Assembly (NCBI GenBank): GCA_036676985.1
Contig: JAKFBU010000041.1
Location: 128,001 to 192,000 of the forward strand
Reading direction: 5' to 3'
Source: Candidatus Sericytochromatia bacterium
GTDB lineage: Bacteria; Cyanobacteriota; Sericytochromatia; S15B-MN24; UBA4093
Length of the DNA stretch: 64,000 bases
The notes under the pieces were generated by a model. It was not told the origin of the DNA. It saw nothing but the letters and a program-made list of their open reading frames with translations, and searched no databases. This document shows, piece after piece, positions 1 through 9,645 of the stretch. A program made the position numbers and the translations under genes. Every line of letters begins with the position of its first letter. The stretch's first letter is position 1.

Positions 1-72
1 GCTAGTGGCAAACAGCAACAGCGATCCGAGATGTTATCACAGTCAAAACGAAGATGCAACCGACATTTAACC

Positions 73-1092
73 CTAGGCCTCGGCCGGCTGCTCGATCAGC
101 AAGGGCAGATCCGGATCCGGCGCCCGGCTGATGAGCTCGAAGGCGCACGATTCGGCGGCCGTGAGCTCCCGTTCGAGCGCCCACTTGCCTCGCTCCTTGG
201 CGTAGATTCTCAGCGTCATGTCGGCGATCTTGGTGTGATAGCCGTAGATCAGCTCACCGTCCGGATCCTGGCTGACCATGCCGACCATGCGGTTGAAGGC
301 GGCCTCGATGGTCCCCTCGAACTTGCGATCGCGGCACGTCACCTCGAAGAACCAGCCGCCCGTGTCGTAGCGGCTGCGGGTGGTGAGCATCTGGTAGACG
401 CCGTTGGCGACGTAGTCCTCGCCGTCCACACGGAAGCGGAAGACCGACAGGACGGGCTCCAAGGGACCGACCTTGGCCGGCTGGTCCACGAAGCCCTCGA
501 AGAGGACGTCGGCCTCTTCGGAAAAGGTGTTGCAGTGGGCCCACACGCCCCCCAAAGAGGCCTTGGTGCCCCACATGTGCTCCTGGATGGCCGGAGCGTC
601 CACGAGCTCGACCCGCCGCCGGTTGAGCAGCACCTCGCCGCTGATGCGCAGGTCCGGGTTGGGGGCCAAGATCTTGGTGGGCGGAAAGCCCCCGTCGTAG
701 AAGGCCTTCATGGGGAAGTGCAGGAACGACTCCTCGCACGGCTCCCAGTTGAGCACCCAGCCGAGGCGCAGGTCATGGTCCTCGATGCGGCCGCGAGCGG
801 CGCGGTTGGTGAGGACGGAGCGGCCCACCTGGAACGCGAACGGGTCGGAGTCCAGCCGCACCGCGTCGAAGCCGTGCGTCTCGCGGATGGCGATGTGCTT
901 GCCGCGACCGGCCCCGTTGTAGGCGATCCCCCAGAGCTCGGCAAAGGGGTCGCCCTCGACCGGCGCCATCAAGACGTACCGGATCCAGAGGGCGACCCCT
1001 TGCCTGGGATCGGTGATCTTCAGGACGTAGCTCTCATGCCAGCCAGGCTGGCCTTGCCAACGCGGCAGGTTGTTGGATTCGGAGGCCAACAT
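73..1092 (-). CDS. Hypothetical protein, tocopherol cyclase/AttH-like beta-rich family
   Basis: 339-aa ORF with coding-like codon bias; motifs WHESYVLK..ALWIRY, EHMWGTK and WAHCN resemble tocopherol-cyclase-like proteins; 38 bp downstream of the response regulator. Confidence 0.5.
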   Translation of the reverse strand: MLASESNNLPRWQGQPGWHESYVLKITDPRQGVALWIRYVLMAPVEGDPFAELWGIAYNGAGRGKHIAIRETHGFDAVRLDSDPFAFQVGRSVLTNRAARGRIEDHDLRLGWVLNWEPCEESFLHFPMKAFYDGGFPPTKILAPNPDLRISGEVLLNRRRVELVDAPAIQEHMWGTKASLGGVWAHCNTFSEEADVLFEGFVDQPAKVGPLEPVLSVFRFRVDGEDYVANGVYQMLTTRSRYDTGGWFFEVTCRDRKFEGTIEAAFNRMVGMVSQDPDGELIYGYHTKIADMTLRIYAKERGKWALERELTAAESCAFELISRAPDPDLPLLIEQPAEA

Positions 1093-1130
1093 GGGACCCT
1101 GCCGTTCTCGTACGTCCGGAGTGCGGGAGC

Positions 1131-1820
1131 TTAGGCGCCGAGGCGGTAGCCGAAGCCGCGCACGGTCTGGATGAACTTCGGATTCGAGGGATCTTCCTCG
1201 ATCTTCTCGCGCAGCCAGCGGATGTGCACGTCGACCGTCTTGGTGTCGCCGTAGAAGTCCAGGCCCCAGACCTGCTCGAGCAGCTCTTCGCGGCTGAACA
1301 CGCGACCGGGCGCGCCCATCAGCATGGCGAGGATCTTGAACTCCTTGGGCGAGAGCTCGACCTGGCGCTCGGCCACCATCACGCGGTGCTCCGAGAGGTT
1401 CATCATCAGGTCGCCGTGCTGGTAGACCTTGGCCTTGGCCTCGGAATCGCTCGGCTTGCTGCGACGCAGGAGCGCCTTGATGCGGGCCACCAGCTCACGC
1501 AGGCTGAAGGGCTTGATGAGGTAATCGTCGGCACCGACCTCGAGGCCGATGACGCGGTCGATCTCCTCACCCTTGGCGGTGAGCATGATGATGGGAATGT
1601 CGTTCTGCTCGCGGCGCAACAGACGGCAGACCTCAAGACCGCTGAGCTTGGGCAGCATGAGGTCCAAGACGATCAGATTCGGCTTGGTCAGCTGGACTTG
1701 TTGGAGGGCTTCTTGTCCATCATGAGCCTTGACGACCTCGTACCCTTCCTGGGCGAGGGCGAACTCGATGGATTCAACGATCATTTCTTCGTCGTCGACA
1801 AGCAGAATCTTCTCGGCCAT
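1131..1820 (-). CDS. OmpR/PhoB-family response regulator (SphR/PhoB-like)
   Basis: Receiver motifs LLVDDE, LDLMLP, GADDY..KPF; winged helix VWGLDFYGDTKTVDVHIRWLREKIEEDPSNP..TVRGFGY; GGAG RBS. Confidence 0.95.
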   Translation of the reverse strand: MAEKILLVDDEEMIVESIEFALAQEGYEVVKAHDGQEALQQVQLTKPNLIVLDLMLPKLSGLEVCRLLRREQNDIPIIMLTAKGEEIDRVIGLEVGADDYLIKPFSLRELVARIKALLRRSKPSDSEAKAKVYQHGDLMMNLSEHRVMVAERQVELSPKEFKILAMLMGAPGRVFSREELLEQVWGLDFYGDTKTVDVHIRWLREKIEEDPSNPKFIQTVRGFGYRLGA

Positions 1821-2055
1821 AGCGACTCCTTTGCATGCGCGGGTTGGTCCGGGCGAAAACCCTGGTCCGCAGGTATTTTACCCACCCTCCGCGATTTTCT
1901 TAACCTTGATGATAACATCGGGCCTTAACCTTGACAAGAATTCGCTAAAGGGCCTTTAAGAACGCCTCATGTCGAGTGGTCTCCGGGAGCCTGGCGACTT
2001 GGTTTGAGGAGGAGCAAGCCCCCGCCCGATGTTGTGGGCGGAGGCTCTCGGGCGA

Positions 2056-5000
2056 TTAGAATCGGCGCTGGGTCGACAGGGTGATCGACGGGTTGAAATT
2101 CAGGCCTTCGATGGTCGGCTTGGCCTGACCCTTCAGGTCGAGGTTGTCGAGACCCACGTTGAGCGATAGGAACTCGTTGATGCCGTAATTGAAGCTCGCC
2201 TGGTACACGTTCTCCGAGTTCTGGCGGAAAGTGTAGCGTCCCGACAGGCTGACGCTCCCGAGCAAGGGGCGTGTTTGGGTGTAAACGGAGGGATTGAGGC
2301 CGAGCTGCTGGAAAAAGGCGCTGTTCGGATCGCTGCCGGGCAGTGACGCCAGGTCGAACCCCAGGGACTCGAGCTGAAGGAAATCCTGAAGACGCGAGGT
2401 TACGGGCGTGAAGAAGCGTCGACTCGCCGTCGAGAGGAAGCCCGAGACCTCGGTGGCCACGATGGTGTTCCGCTCTTTCTCAGTTTCGGCCTCGAGGATG
2501 CCCGTGACCAGGGAATCCTTGCCCAATAGCCGCTCGATGCGATCCTGCTGGACCGATGCATCGTTGACGGCCTCGAAGCGCCGTTCCATGTTGTCCAGGG
2601 AGCCCGTCAAGGTCATCTTGATGTCGAGGTTCTTCGGCTGACGTTGCCCGTTGACCACGTAGGCATAGTCGTAGACCTGCCCCTTGGCCACTATGTTGAG
2701 GCGGGCGTTGGGCAGGGTCGACGTCTTGACCTGGGCAACCTGAGGCAGCAGATCTTCGAACTCGGCGTCGGGTGTGTTGGCGACACCGGGCCCCAGGAAC
2801 TCGATGTTACCGGACACGACGTCAAACGGCGTGTTGAGTGGGTTGATGTTACCGTTTGATGTCCGGATGGTGCCTCGAACCTGCGGATTGGATAGTGGAC
2901 CATTGACGTTCAGGCTGCCATCAATGCCCATATCGAAGATGCGCGCGTCCGCAAGCACCACGACGGGCTGACGGGGGCCCAGTACCGTAACGCCCTGGTG
3001 CACCCGCAAGGTCAAGTCCTTGAGCTCAATGGGCACGTCCGAGGCAGCGGCCGACGAGGCGGCGCCCTCTTCGGGCGTCAACGCGGCCAGGTCCACGACG
3101 CCGCGGCTTACGGCGACGGTGCCACCGACCACCGGACGCGGCAGGGTGCCCGTGATGTCCAAGGAGGCCTCGACCATGCCCTTGTAGAGGCCGTTGGTCA
3201 GCGCGAAGTCCACCTGACGCGCCAGGACCTGGAGGCGCAGGCGATCTAGCTGGAAGCGCTTGAGCTTGATCTGGCCGCTCGCCGTGATGGTGCCGCCCCC
3301 GTAGTTACCGGCGGCGCGCTGGATGGTGACGGCGTCGGTGGTGATGGTGGCGTAGGCCCGGATGTTGGTGATGTCCTCGGTCAGGTTGCGATCGCGAATC
3401 GCCACCCCCTGCAGGTCCACCACGCCGGACAGCTCGGGATCCTCCAGGGTGCCGCCCAGCTTCAGGGTGGCCGTGCCCGGCCCGCCCTTCCACTGGATCT
3501 CGCCGCGGGTGAAGGCTGTGACGATGCCGAGGCTGTCTCCTTCGAGGGCCAGGGACACGTCCAGCTCGTCGTTGGCGATACCCGGCAGCACCGGGAAGCT
3601 CCCCAGGATGCGCGCATCCTTGCCGTCCTTGACGACCCGGGCGTTGTCCAGCGTGACCCGGCCCTGGTAGTAAGTCGCCTTGACCTCGCCCTGCTCGTAG
3701 GTGAAGCGCTCCTCGGAGTCCGGCTTGGCGCCGGGCGGCGCGATGGAGCCCTGATAGACCTCGGCCGAGATCTCGAGTCGGGGATCGCTCGGATCCCCCT
3801 TGGCGAGGAGCGTGAAGCCGCCGGTGCCCGACAGCTCCAGATCCTGGGCCTGCAGCCAGGGGTTCGCCCAGGCTAGGTCCAGGTTCTGACCGTAGATGCC
3901 GAGCACGCCGTCCGGTCCCAGCATGCCGCGCGCCTGCAGCGCTGCGCCCGTGCCGCCCTCCTCGATCACATCGAAGACGGGCACGTAGAGGCGATCGTTG
4001 CGGTAGACCGCCGTCAGGTGCGCGCTGCGCAAGGGGTGCCCGTAGGCCACGGCCTCCTTGAGGCTCGACTTCACCCGAACCTCGGGCTTGCTCACGAGCC
4101 CCTGGTAGGCGACCTCGAGCGTCAGCTTGCCGTCGACGGACTGCCAGAAGGGATCCTTGGCCTGCAGATACGCCTGGTTGGTCTTGAGGGGCTCGAGGCT
4201 GTTGCGGTCCCAGTGCGCGAGCAGCTTGCCCAGGTTGACGTCGCCGCGCTCGTCCACCACCGGCTCGCGCTCGAAGGAGGCCACCGTCGTCTGGGGGCCC
4301 TCCGTCTCCTTGACGCCGAGGCGGCGGCCGATCCAGGTGCCCTGCAGGAGGCGCTGCCAGTGGACGGCGGACAGGGCATCCCGCGCGGGGACGTCCTGCA
4401 TGGAGAATTCCAGGTCGAAGGCGGGCTCCGGCCGATCGAAGGCGATGGAGCCGCGCAGCTGCGCCGGGCTGCGGTTGGCGAGCAAGAGGGACAGGTCCCC
4501 GAGCGTGATGCGCTCGTGGCCGAAGTAGACGGGCCCCGCGACGCGCGTCACCCGTCCGAAGCGCTCCGCGTCGATGCCGGCGCCCACCGTGTCCGCCTGG
4601 GCGCGCCAGGCCTGCCCGTCCGACTGCACGCTGCCGGTGGCGGAAACCGTCCCGCGCAGGCTGCCGACGTCGGCGACGAGCAGCTCCTGCAAGGGCTCGA
4701 TCTGACCGAGCTCCACGCCGTTGGCGGCGAAGTCGGCCTTCAGGACGGGCAGCTTCGACTGGCCGAACAGGGCGACGGTCGCATGCCCCTTGACCGAGCC
4801 GCCCGCGCCCTGCGCCAGGACGTCCGAGAGGCGCAGCTCGCGGTCCGAGATAGCCCAGTCCGCCGAGGCCCGGCTGACGGGCTGACCGTAGAGCACACCC
4901 GACTCGACATGGGCCTGACCGCGGGCCCGGATAGCCTCCATGCGGGTGAAATCGCCAGCGTAGGAGCCCGTCGCCGTCGCCCGGCCGGCCACGTCGACGT

Positions 5001-6717
5001 CCAGGCCGAGGGCCTTGAGCTGCGAGAGGGCCACGTCCCCCGCGTCGAAGCGGCCCGCGAAGACGCCGTTCTCGGTGCCGTGCGCCGAGAAGCGCACGCT
5101 GCCCGCGCCGAGGGCGAGCTCCCCTTGCGGGACCTCCCAGCGATTCTTGACGTACGTGAAGTCCGCCTTGGCGGTGTCGAAGGTCTGGCGCTCGTAGCGC
5201 GCCTCGGCCACCTGCACGCTGCCCGCCACCTCCGGACGCATGGCGGTACCGCGCACCGTGACCTTGCCGCCGAGGCGACCGGCGACGGGCAACGCCTCCT
5301 CCAGGTACGGCGCGAGCGACGCGCCGAGATCGACGCCCTGGTACTGGGCATCGACCGTGATGACGGGATCCTGATCGAGGGTGAAGCCAGCAAGACCCCA
5401 GACGCGACCGCCGTTGAGCGTGCCCTGGAAGACGGGCAGGGTGACGGAGGTGCCCTCGTAGTGGAACTGACCCGTGACGTTGGAGGCGAGCTGGTCCAGC
5501 ACATGGCCCTGTGGGATCACCGCCGAGCCGTCCACGATGGGGTGCATGGTCGTGCCCGAGACCACGGCCGTGGCCGACCCCTTGCCCGAGGGCTCCCACA
5601 TGGCCAGGTCCGGCACCAGAGGGATGAGGCTCGCGACGTCCACGTTCTCGGCGCCGCCCGTGAAGGCCAGGCGCTGGACCGGCTTGTTGAGGTCGAAGAC
5701 CTTGCCCGAGCCCGAGAAGGAGTTGCCGAGCATCGTGCCCCGGATCTCGGGGACATCGGCCGTGGTGTTGTCGAAGGTGGCCCGGGCGTAGATGCCCTCC
5801 ACCGGGCGGCGGACGCCAACGGCCTCGAGCGACATGCCCCGGAGCTCCACGCCCCCCGTGAACTTGACGGCCTCGGGCGCCGGGCGATCCCAGACGACGG
5901 CGGTGGTGACGCGGCCGGCGCCGCCGGTGATCGTGAAGTTGGGGTTGGGCGCGAGGTAGTTGATCCAGCGCGCCGTCGGGACGTGGTCGGCTTCGGCGCG
6001 CACCTCGCCCGCCATCCGCTCGATGACGTACTTGCCCGTCACCGCGAGGCGCGAGGCGTCCTCCTGGGCGGTGGCCCGGAACGTGACGGCCTTGTCGGCC
6101 AGGTCCGCCGTGCCCGAGACGCGCGACAGTCGAGCCTGGAAGCGCGCCGTGCGCGGCATGCCGAGGTCGATCCAAGTGGCGGTGCCGGAGTGGACCCGGA
6201 CCCGGACCTTGGGGAGGTTGGGGATCTCGGGGGGCTCGGCGGGCCCCGGCTTGAAGGTGGGCTGGTAGTTGAGGGTGCCGCGGGCGTCGCGCGCAAGCGT
6301 CAGGGTGGGACCGTAGACGTCCACCATGATGGGCTGCTTGCCGAGCTTGAGGATCTCGAGGATCGAGTAGGAGGCCCGGGCGCGCGGCGCGTGGGCGAGC
6401 ACGGGCGCCCCCGGCTTGTTCGAGGCGTAGACCGTGAGGTCGCGCAGCTCGAGTCCGTTCCAGTAGGGACCCGCGACCTTGCCGACCTTGACCGGCACGC
6501 CGAGGGCTTCGGAGGCGCCGACCTCGACGGCATGAACGGCCTGGGCCAGGATCTCGTGCCGGGATTGGTACACCGAAACGCCGGCCACGGTCAGCGCGCC
6601 ACCGATCAAACAGGTGACGGCCAACAGGATCCGGCTCAGCAGCGTAAAAAATGACAGCCTGTGGGCGTTTGGGGCCTCGGAAGGCGTTTCGTTCTGGCTA
6701 ACCACGGCGTCTTCCAT
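2056..6717 (-). CDS. tamB: TamB/AsmA-like translocation and assembly module protein
   Basis: 1553 aa; N-terminal TM anchor, long repeated beta-strand region with GT..xP motifs, C-terminal TamB(DUF490)-like region. Confidence 0.8.
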   Translation of the reverse strand: MEDAVVSQNETPSEAPNAHRLSFFTLLSRILLAVTCLIGGALTVAGVSVYQSRHEILAQAVHAVEVGASEALGVPVKVGKVAGPYWNGLELRDLTVYASNKPGAPVLAHAPRARASYSILEILKLGKQPIMVDVYGPTLTLARDARGTLNYQPTFKPGPAEPPEIPNLPKVRVRVHSGTATWIDLGMPRTARFQARLSRVSGTADLADKAVTFRATAQEDASRLAVTGKYVIERMAGEVRAEADHVPTARWINYLAPNPNFTITGGAGRVTTAVVWDRPAPEAVKFTGGVELRGMSLEAVGVRRPVEGIYARATFDNTTADVPEIRGTMLGNSFSGSGKVFDLNKPVQRLAFTGGAENVDVASLIPLVPDLAMWEPSGKGSATAVVSGTTMHPIVDGSAVIPQGHVLDQLASNVTGQFHYEGTSVTLPVFQGTLNGGRVWGLAGFTLDQDPVITVDAQYQGVDLGASLAPYLEEALPVAGRLGGKVTVRGTAMRPEVAGSVQVAEARYERQTFDTAKADFTYVKNRWEVPQGELALGAGSVRFSAHGTENGVFAGRFDAGDVALSQLKALGLDVDVAGRATATGSYAGDFTRMEAIRARGQAHVESGVLYGQPVSRASADWAISDRELRLSDVLAQGAGGSVKGHATVALFGQSKLPVLKADFAANGVELGQIEPLQELLVADVGSLRGTVSATGSVQSDGQAWRAQADTVGAGIDAERFGRVTRVAGPVYFGHERITLGDLSLLLANRSPAQLRGSIAFDRPEPAFDLEFSMQDVPARDALSAVHWQRLLQGTWIGRRLGVKETEGPQTTVASFEREPVVDERGDVNLGKLLAHWDRNSLEPLKTNQAYLQAKDPFWQSVDGKLTLEVAYQGLVSKPEVRVKSSLKEAVAYGHPLRSAHLTAVYRNDRLYVPVFDVIEEGGTGAALQARGMLGPDGVLGIYGQNLDLAWANPWLQAQDLELSGTGGFTLLAKGDPSDPRLEISAEVYQGSIAPPGAKPDSEERFTYEQGEVKATYYQGRVTLDNARVVKDGKDARILGSFPVLPGIANDELDVSLALEGDSLGIVTAFTRGEIQWKGGPGTATLKLGGTLEDPELSGVVDLQGVAIRDRNLTEDITNIRAYATITTDAVTIQRAAGNYGGGTITASGQIKLKRFQLDRLRLQVLARQVDFALTNGLYKGMVEASLDITGTLPRPVVGGTVAVSRGVVDLAALTPEEGAASSAAASDVPIELKDLTLRVHQGVTVLGPRQPVVVLADARIFDMGIDGSLNVNGPLSNPQVRGTIRTSNGNINPLNTPFDVVSGNIEFLGPGVANTPDAEFEDLLPQVAQVKTSTLPNARLNIVAKGQVYDYAYVVNGQRQPKNLDIKMTLTGSLDNMERRFEAVNDASVQQDRIERLLGKDSLVTGILEAETEKERNTIVATEVSGFLSTASRRFFTPVTSRLQDFLQLESLGFDLASLPGSDPNSAFFQQLGLNPSVYTQTRPLLGSVSLSGRYTFRQNSENVYQASFNYGINEFLSLNVGLDNLDLKGQAKPTIEGLNFNPSITLSTQRRF

Positions 6718-6756
6718 TATATAACAGAGACGCCGTTGACGGGCCGTTCGTTCCCG

Positions 6757-6795
6757 AAAAAAGCCCGGCGCCGTCCAATCGAACGGCGCCGGGCC
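6757..6795 (-). terminator. Rho-independent terminator after tRNA-fMet
   Basis: GCCCGGCGCCGT / ACGGCGCCGGGC stem followed by a T6 run on the minus strand. Confidence 0.85.
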
Positions 6796-6798
6796 CTA

Positions 6799-6873
<75 letters not shown>

Positions 6874-6986
6874 GATCTCAAGATAACACACCCCTAACGT
6901 AGAATCAACCGTCCCTCAATAATTCGCCGCCGTTTCGGCGTCATCCTCTGCTTGACGGCGGGGAATGGGTCCCGGATCATGGCGGC

Positions 6987-7835
6987 ATGCCGCTCTTTGT
7001 CTCCACTCGCAGCCTGGCAGCCCCCGCCGACCTCGCGGGGATGCTCGAGATCTTCCGCCTCGCGTCGCTCGATCGCGTCGCGATCGAGGACGGGCCGCTC
7101 CTGGTGCCCGATGACCCGGGTCGCCTCGCGGCCTTCACGCTGGCGGCGCATGGGACGTTCCTGCCGAGCGAGGAGCCCTTCGGGCCCAACCTCGCGGCAG
7201 GGGACGAGGACTACCGGAGGCGCTCGGTGCGGCGGCTCGAGGAGCACCTCGCCTTCTGCGCGGAGCGCGGCATCCCCCGCTACACGTTCTTGGCGGGCTA
7301 CGCCCTCGAGGAGACGCATGACCCGGCCGTGCCGAGCCGGGTCGTCTCGGCTAACCGCGCCCGGGACCAGCTGCTCAAGTCGCTGGACCGGCTCGCGGAG
7401 TTCGCCGACGCGCGGGGGGTCGCCCTCGGGCTGATGAACGGGGACGCGCGCCGGGCGGAGATGCTCGGGTGCGAGGCTTCTGAGCTGGCGGGCATCCTGG
7501 ACACCCTGCAGATCCCGTTCCTGGGCCTGCGGCTGGATGTGGGGCACCTGTTACTTGCCGCCCGGCGACGGGGCTTCGAGGTCGAGGAGTTCGCGGCGGT
7601 GCTCCGGGGCAGGGTCGTCGGCCTGCGGTTGCACGAGGTGAGCAAGGCCGATGGGGCTCATCGGCTGCCCGTGCCGGAGGGTCCGGTCGAGGAGCTGCTG
7701 GCGTCCCATCCGGAATGGCACGAGTTGCCCATGGTGCTGGATGCGCGCGGGGTGGACCTGGGGCGGCTGATGGATGCCAAGGAACGGCTGGAATCCCGGT
7801 TGGCCATGCCGGTCCAGGGGCCTAGTCCGGCTTAG
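6987..7835 (+). CDS. Sugar phosphate isomerase/epimerase (AP-endonuclease-2 TIM barrel)
   Basis: GVALGLMN, GLRLDVGHL and LRLHE motifs of xylose-isomerase-like TIM barrels; some metal ligands are divergent. Confidence 0.7.
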   Translation: MPLFVSTRSLAAPADLAGMLEIFRLASLDRVAIEDGPLLVPDDPGRLAAFTLAAHGTFLPSEEPFGPNLAAGDEDYRRRSVRRLEEHLAFCAERGIPRYTFLAGYALEETHDPAVPSRVVSANRARDQLLKSLDRLAEFADARGVALGLMNGDARRAEMLGCEASELAGILDTLQIPFLGLRLDVGHLLLAARRRGFEVEEFAAVLRGRVVGLRLHEVSKADGAHRLPVPEGPVEELLASHPEWHELPMVLDARGVDLGRLMDAKERLESRLAMPVQGPSPA

Positions 7836-7850
7836 GGCGCTTTTCTCAAA

Positions 7851-7891
7851 GGAACCGTTCGCCCTTGGAGAGCCTCAGGGTGAACGGTTTT
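7851..7891. repeat. REP-like palindromic element, copy 1
   Basis: GGAACCGTTCGCCCT..AGGGTGAACGGTTTT stem between convergent genes; similar to 10706-10773. Confidence 0.6.
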
Positions 7892-7922
7892 GTTGTGAGT
7901 CTCAAGAGAATGCCGCTAAAGA

Positions 7923-9494
7923 CTAGTCGGAGATCGGCAACTCAGCCACCGGGGTCTTGAGGTAATCGACGATCGAGCGCGCGAGAGCCTCGCCCAGGTC
8001 CTTCTGGAAGGACTCGCTGGCCATGAGCTTCTCTTCCTGCGGGTTCGAGAGGTAGGCCGACTCCAGCAAGACCGAGGGTATCTCGGAGTTTCGCAGCACG
8101 TAGAGCCGTCCCTGCCGCACGCCCCGATCCGGTCGGCCCAAGGCTTTCACCAGGTCCGCATGCAGGTGCCGGGCCAGGGGAAGGCTCGTATCGTGGCGAT
8201 AATAGGTCTCGAGCCCGCCGATCTCGGGCGTCTCGCAGGAGTTGCCGTGCAGGCTGACGAAGAGCGACGGCCGCAGGGCCTGCACCAGCCGGGCGCGTGA
8301 GGCCAGATCGACGGACACGTCGGCCGTGCGGCTCATGACCACGTTGACGTCGCCCTTGGCGTCCAGGGCTGCCTTGACGGCCTGAGCGAGCCCCAGGTTC
8401 ACCTTGGCCTCATAGGTACCGCCCGGTCCGATGGCCCCCGGATCGTCCCCGCCATGACCCGCGTCCAGCACCACCGTCGGGCGGGACTCGGCGATCGCCG
8501 CCTTCTTCCAGCTGACCTCCAGGGTGCGCCCACCAGCCTTGCGACGGGCGTCGTAGGTGTAGACCGCGCGACTCAGATCGAGCTTGAGGACCCAGTCCGA
8601 GCCGTCCTGCTGCGCGCTCAGGGCCTCGACGCCCTCGAAGGCGTTGGGCAAAGCACCGTCGTAGCTGCCCTTGGGGATGCGCAGGACCAGGCGCGGAGGC
8701 GCCCACTCCTGCTGCACCCGCACCGCGAGGCGACGCTCGGACTCGAGACGCAGGGTCGTGACACCTTTACGGCGCTGGAGGTGAAGGCCGGAGAGACGCT
8801 GCGGCTCGCCGTTCCAGACGGGAGTAGGTTCGTCCGCCGTCGGCGGCTCCGGCTCGGGCGTCGCCTCGGGAGCCGGCGGGCCATAGGGCTCGCGGACGCG
8901 CTCGGGCAGGGGCGGGCCGTAGACGAGGCGCGGCGCCTCGGGCTCGGGAGGACCGTAGGCCTCCCGGACGGGCTTCACCGGAGGCAGCTCGGGACCATAG
9001 GTCTCGACCGGTGCGGGATCCGGGCCGAAGCGCTCGCTGGCCACGGCAAGAAGGGGCTCGCCCTTGTGGCGCGGATGGGGCTTCAGATCCAGCAGCTGGC
9101 CGCCGGAGGTCTGGGTGAGCTGGATGGAGGTGGGGCGATCGCAATCCAGCACGAAGCGGATGAAGCCCTCCTCGGCATGCATGGCGCCGCGCAGCGCGCG
9201 ATACGGGCCGGAGGCGATGGGCACGGCCTGCAGAAGGGTCGGATCGGACAGCTCGGCCCCGTAGAGGTCGATGACCACGCGGTAAGGGGCCTCCAGGGCG
9301 AACAGCCTGGCATTGAGAGGGCGATCGGCCTCGAAGCGGAGCTTGCCGTCGATCCACCGCACGGACGAGACCACCGCCGGATCCTGCTCCTGGCGCACGG
9401 CCGGGCGCGCAGGCTTGGCCGTCACCGGAGCGGCCACGCCGGCAAGCATGAACCCGGCGACGAGCGTCGTCATCCATCCGTTGAGTCGTTGCAT
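7923..9494 (-). CDS. N-acetylmuramoyl-L-alanine amidase (AMIN + Amidase_3)
   Basis: Signal peptide; AMIN motif PYRVVIDL; catalytic VLDAGHGGDDPGA, E..VNL, SLHGNS, VLLESAYLSN. Confidence 0.92.
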   Translation of the reverse strand: MQRLNGWMTTLVAGFMLAGVAAPVTAKPARPAVRQEQDPAVVSSVRWIDGKLRFEADRPLNARLFALEAPYRVVIDLYGAELSDPTLLQAVPIASGPYRALRGAMHAEEGFIRFVLDCDRPTSIQLTQTSGGQLLDLKPHPRHKGEPLLAVASERFGPDPAPVETYGPELPPVKPVREAYGPPEPEAPRLVYGPPLPERVREPYGPPAPEATPEPEPPTADEPTPVWNGEPQRLSGLHLQRRKGVTTLRLESERRLAVRVQQEWAPPRLVLRIPKGSYDGALPNAFEGVEALSAQQDGSDWVLKLDLSRAVYTYDARRKAGGRTLEVSWKKAAIAESRPTVVLDAGHGGDDPGAIGPGGTYEAKVNLGLAQAVKAALDAKGDVNVVMSRTADVSVDLASRARLVQALRPSLFVSLHGNSCETPEIGGLETYYRHDTSLPLARHLHADLVKALGRPDRGVRQGRLYVLRNSEIPSVLLESAYLSNPQEEKLMASESFQKDLGEALARSIVDYLKTPVAELPISD

Positions 9495-9645
9495 CGAGGC
9501 CTCCTAGCCGGAACCAGCGTAGCTCCGGACGGCCTGGGGACGCCGTGCGCCCGGTCACCGCCACCGGAGCGACGACTGGTTTCGAAAGCGGGCGGGAACG
9601 GTATGATCGGACAGGCAAGCTATCGACCGCGCGAAAGGGAAAGGA

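Noticed and set aside
3305-6654. Long alternative-frame ORFs (956 aa and 878 aa) overlapping the TamB-like gene, and similar shadows elsewhere (8454-10937, 18659-20743, 49529-51817, 55948-59331)
   Set aside because: Typical high-GC shadow ORFs with Arg/Gly/Pro-rich or antisense composition and no motifs; they overlap well-supported genes
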